Part shown: in pieces, positions 61,583 to 64,000 of the stretch
Layout of the letters: each line of letters begins with the position of its first letter
Numbering within the stretch: the stretch's first letter is position 1
DNA from: Phyllobates terribilis
Lineage: Eukaryota
Reading direction: 5' to 3'
DNA length: 64,000 bases
Assembly (NCBI RefSeq): GCF_046119375.1
Contig: NW_027362761.1
Location: 92,132,001 to 92,196,000, forward strand
Program-made: the position numbers and the translations under genes
Notes under the pieces: generated by a model
The model's database searches: none
The model's input: the letters and a program-made list of their open reading frames with translations, nothing else
Told to the model about the DNA's origin: nothing

Positions 61583-63616
61583 TGTAACATACCTGGCGGC
61601 GTCCTTGCATAGTGGTCCATCTCCCACTGTGCAAGAGCGCGCACTTGATTTCCAGTCCAGACTATCACTCTGGCTTTCCTCCATGCTGTCTGCTTGCCTC
61701 TGTTTCTTCTGCTTAAGGGCGGCGCCCGATCACTTCCTGCTTATTGTAGCTGCTGCGGGCACTCCCCTTGTGCATCCTCAGCCTATTGCTGTCTGTCACC
61801 TGGTATTTAACCCTGCTCTCTCCTGGAATACTTGCCTGAGCATCTTGTTCTGTCAGTTGGCCTTTGGTCGCTGATGTGCCAGGTCCTTCCCTGTTCCCTG
61901 CCTTACGGTATCAGTTCCCGTGTCTGAACTGTGTCCTGTCTGTGCACTCTAGCCAGCTACCTGTCAGAACACGGTCTTAGCCTGTTCATCCTGCCTTCTA
62001 GGGGCTGCATACCTAGATCTGTTTCTGTGTTTGCTTGCCTGTTTGTCTGCCTTCCTGAGGCTGTATTTCTAGGCCAGTCTGAACACGCTCCTTGCCTGTT
62101 CGTCCCGCCTCTCTGGGGGCCGCATATGCAGACTCGCTCCTGTCTCTCGCTGCAGTGTCGGTTTCTGTCCAAACACTCAGTTCCTGTCTGAACACTCTCC
62201 TACCTTTTACCTGTTTTGTTTATATGTCCGTCCCTTCCCTTTTTCTGCAGAGTCTGTACCTGCTCCTAACTCCTATTCGTAGTTGCTGTACTATAGTTTG
62301 TGAGTTTAGTGTCCACTTGCTACTTCATTGCAAATATCTAGTGTGTATCTGGTTCTGCCTTTCCCTTCCTGTCTGTTCCATGTGAACAGAGCCCTGTCCC
62401 CTCTGCTCCACCTTGTTCACCACTTCTGCGGTTTCCGCTCTGCTCCGCCTTGCTCACCGCTCCTGTGGTTTCCGCTCTGCTCCGCCTTGCTCACCGCTCC
62501 TGCGGTTTCCGCTCTGCTCCGCCTTGCTCACCGCTCCTGCGGTTTCCCCTCTGCTCCGCCTTGCTCACCGCTCCTGCGGTTTCCGCTGTGCTCCGCCTTG
62601 CTCACCGCTCCTGCGGTTTCCCGTCTGCTCCGCCTTGCTCACCTCTCCTGCGGTTTCCACTCTGCTCTGTCTTGCTCACCGCTCCTGCGGTTTCCGCTCT
62701 GCTCCGCCTTGCTCACCGCTCCTGTGGTTTCCGCTCTGCTCCGCCTTGCTCACCGCTCCTGCGGTTTCCGCTCTGCTCCGCCTTGCTCACCGCACCTGCG
62801 GTTTCCGCTCTGCTCTGACCCTTTGCTCACTACTCCGGCAGCCTCGCTCTGCTCTGACCCTTTGCTCACTACTCCGGCAGTCTCGCTCTACTCTGACCCT
62901 TTGCTCGCTGCTCCGGCAGCCTAGCTCTGCTCTGACCCTTTGCTCGCTGCTCCGGCAGTCTCGCTCTGCTCTGACCCTTTGCTCGCTGCTCCGACAGTCT
63001 CGCTCTGCTCTGACCCTTTGCTCGCTGCTCCAGCAGACTCGCTCTGCTCTGACCCTTTGCTCGCTGCTCCTGCAGTCTTACTCTGCTCTTGCCCACCGCT
63101 CCGGGCGGTCTCACCCTGCTGTGTTTGTCCACCGCATCTGCGGTTCTGTTCTGGAAGTCCCAGTCTGTACTGGGTCCTATCCACTCTGTGCTCCAGCCTG
63201 TCGTACCTGCCAGTACCTCCCTGCCTGCATACCAGTCGTGCTTACCAGCATCCACCTGCCTGCATTCCGGCCGTACCTGCCAGCACCTCTCTGCCTGCAT
63301 ACCAGTCGTGCTTACCAGCGTGCACCCGTCTGCCTACCAGCTGTGTCTGCCTATACCCCCAGTCTGTGTTCCAGCCTTACCTTCCAGTTCCTGTATTCCC
63401 CGGTGTGGGCCAACAGCCGTGTCCGGAGTCTGACCTGGAGTAGACCCTGGCCCCTCTGCTCGGTTCCTCCCTGGTGCACTGGCGTCGTATGCCGTCGTGC
63501 GACCTTGGTCGGATGAGGCAGATACTTAGTTACGCCCTTCCAGGCACTCTCCAGTTCATGGCCCAGTGGAACTACTAAAGACGCACATGCCAGTCAGTCC
63601 GGGCGTGTGCATTACA
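61583..63616 (+). mobile_element. 5' LTR (~2 kb) of a Gypsy element
   Basis: TGTAAC...ATTACA termini; TATTTAA at 61804; internal 37-bp and 39-bp arrays; followed by gag. Confidence 0.85.
62427..63080. repeat. 37-bp array (~10 copies) followed by a 39-bp array (~7 copies) inside the LTR
   Basis: gcggtttccgctctgctccgccttgctcaccgctcct, then cgctctgctctgaccctttgctcgctgctccggcagtct. Confidence 0.93.
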
Positions 63617-63629
63617 GCATGCTCAGGCC

Positions 63630-64000
63630 ATGGTTCCCATTGAGCCCCACGGCCTTTTCTCTCTGAGACGTTTTCCAGCGAATACGTGCTTCTAGAAGAA
63701 ATTTATTTATTTTTTGCTACCAGCTGAGTTTCAGGCGAATTAAGTACCCGTTCAAATTGATCTATCAGCACTCGTTCCTGCGGATCCACCACGGTACTAT
63801 GGGGATCTAAGACTGAGTCATGCATTTGTGGAGCAATGCATGCTACACTTCAAGTTCTACCCTCTTTGTTTTCCCACCGATCGGGTTAAGGTGGGATTCA
63901 TGATGTCTTACCTAATGGGTGATGCCTTGGAATGGATCAACCCCCTATGGGAAGCACAAGATCCTATCCTCCTGGACCTTCAGGCCTTCCTGGTGGCCTT
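63630..64000 (+). pseudogene. gag: Gypsy gag N-terminus with stops, running off the window
   Basis: PPRYYGD...FVEQCMLHF...FPTDRVKVGFMMSYLMGDALEWINPLWE; same gag class as at 42280. Confidence 0.85.

Noticed and set aside
62328-63516. 367-aa and 198-aa repetitive ORFs
   Set aside because: They arise from the 37- and 39-bp arrays inside an LTR.
1-64000. Single-strand piRNA cluster
   Set aside because: TE fragments occur in both orientations without clear bias; this cannot be judged without small-RNA data.

Overview
Repeat-dense vertebrate genomic DNA, probably anuran amphibian (inferred from the repeat types). I could not support any host gene. Almost the whole window is nested, decayed mobile elements. 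(1) Several large hAT transposons with TAG(T/A)GATG terminal inverted repeats (TIRs); one has both ends and a perfect 8-bp target-site duplication (TSD) at 33054-38314. (2) Tc1/mariner elements of the DD34E and DD37E types. (3) A Gmr1-like Gypsy element (SCAN gag, integrase before RT, tRNA-Leu PBS). It is interrupted by a very young chromodomain Gypsy element with 419/420 identical LTRs and one frameshift. (4) Further LTRs, L2 and CR1 fragments, MITEs and minisatellites. (5) A decayed Maverick/Polinton (adintovirus-like) virus cassette at about 53.8-60.0 kb: protease, major capsid, small core-like protein, minor capsid, integrase and the PolB N-terminus. The most notable signals are the Maverick cassette with head-to-head start codons in an 18-bp palindrome, a matching tRNA-independent self-priming signature in two different LTR elements, and a TIR-into-TIR hAT junction. 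All family assignments come from motif recognition, not database searches.
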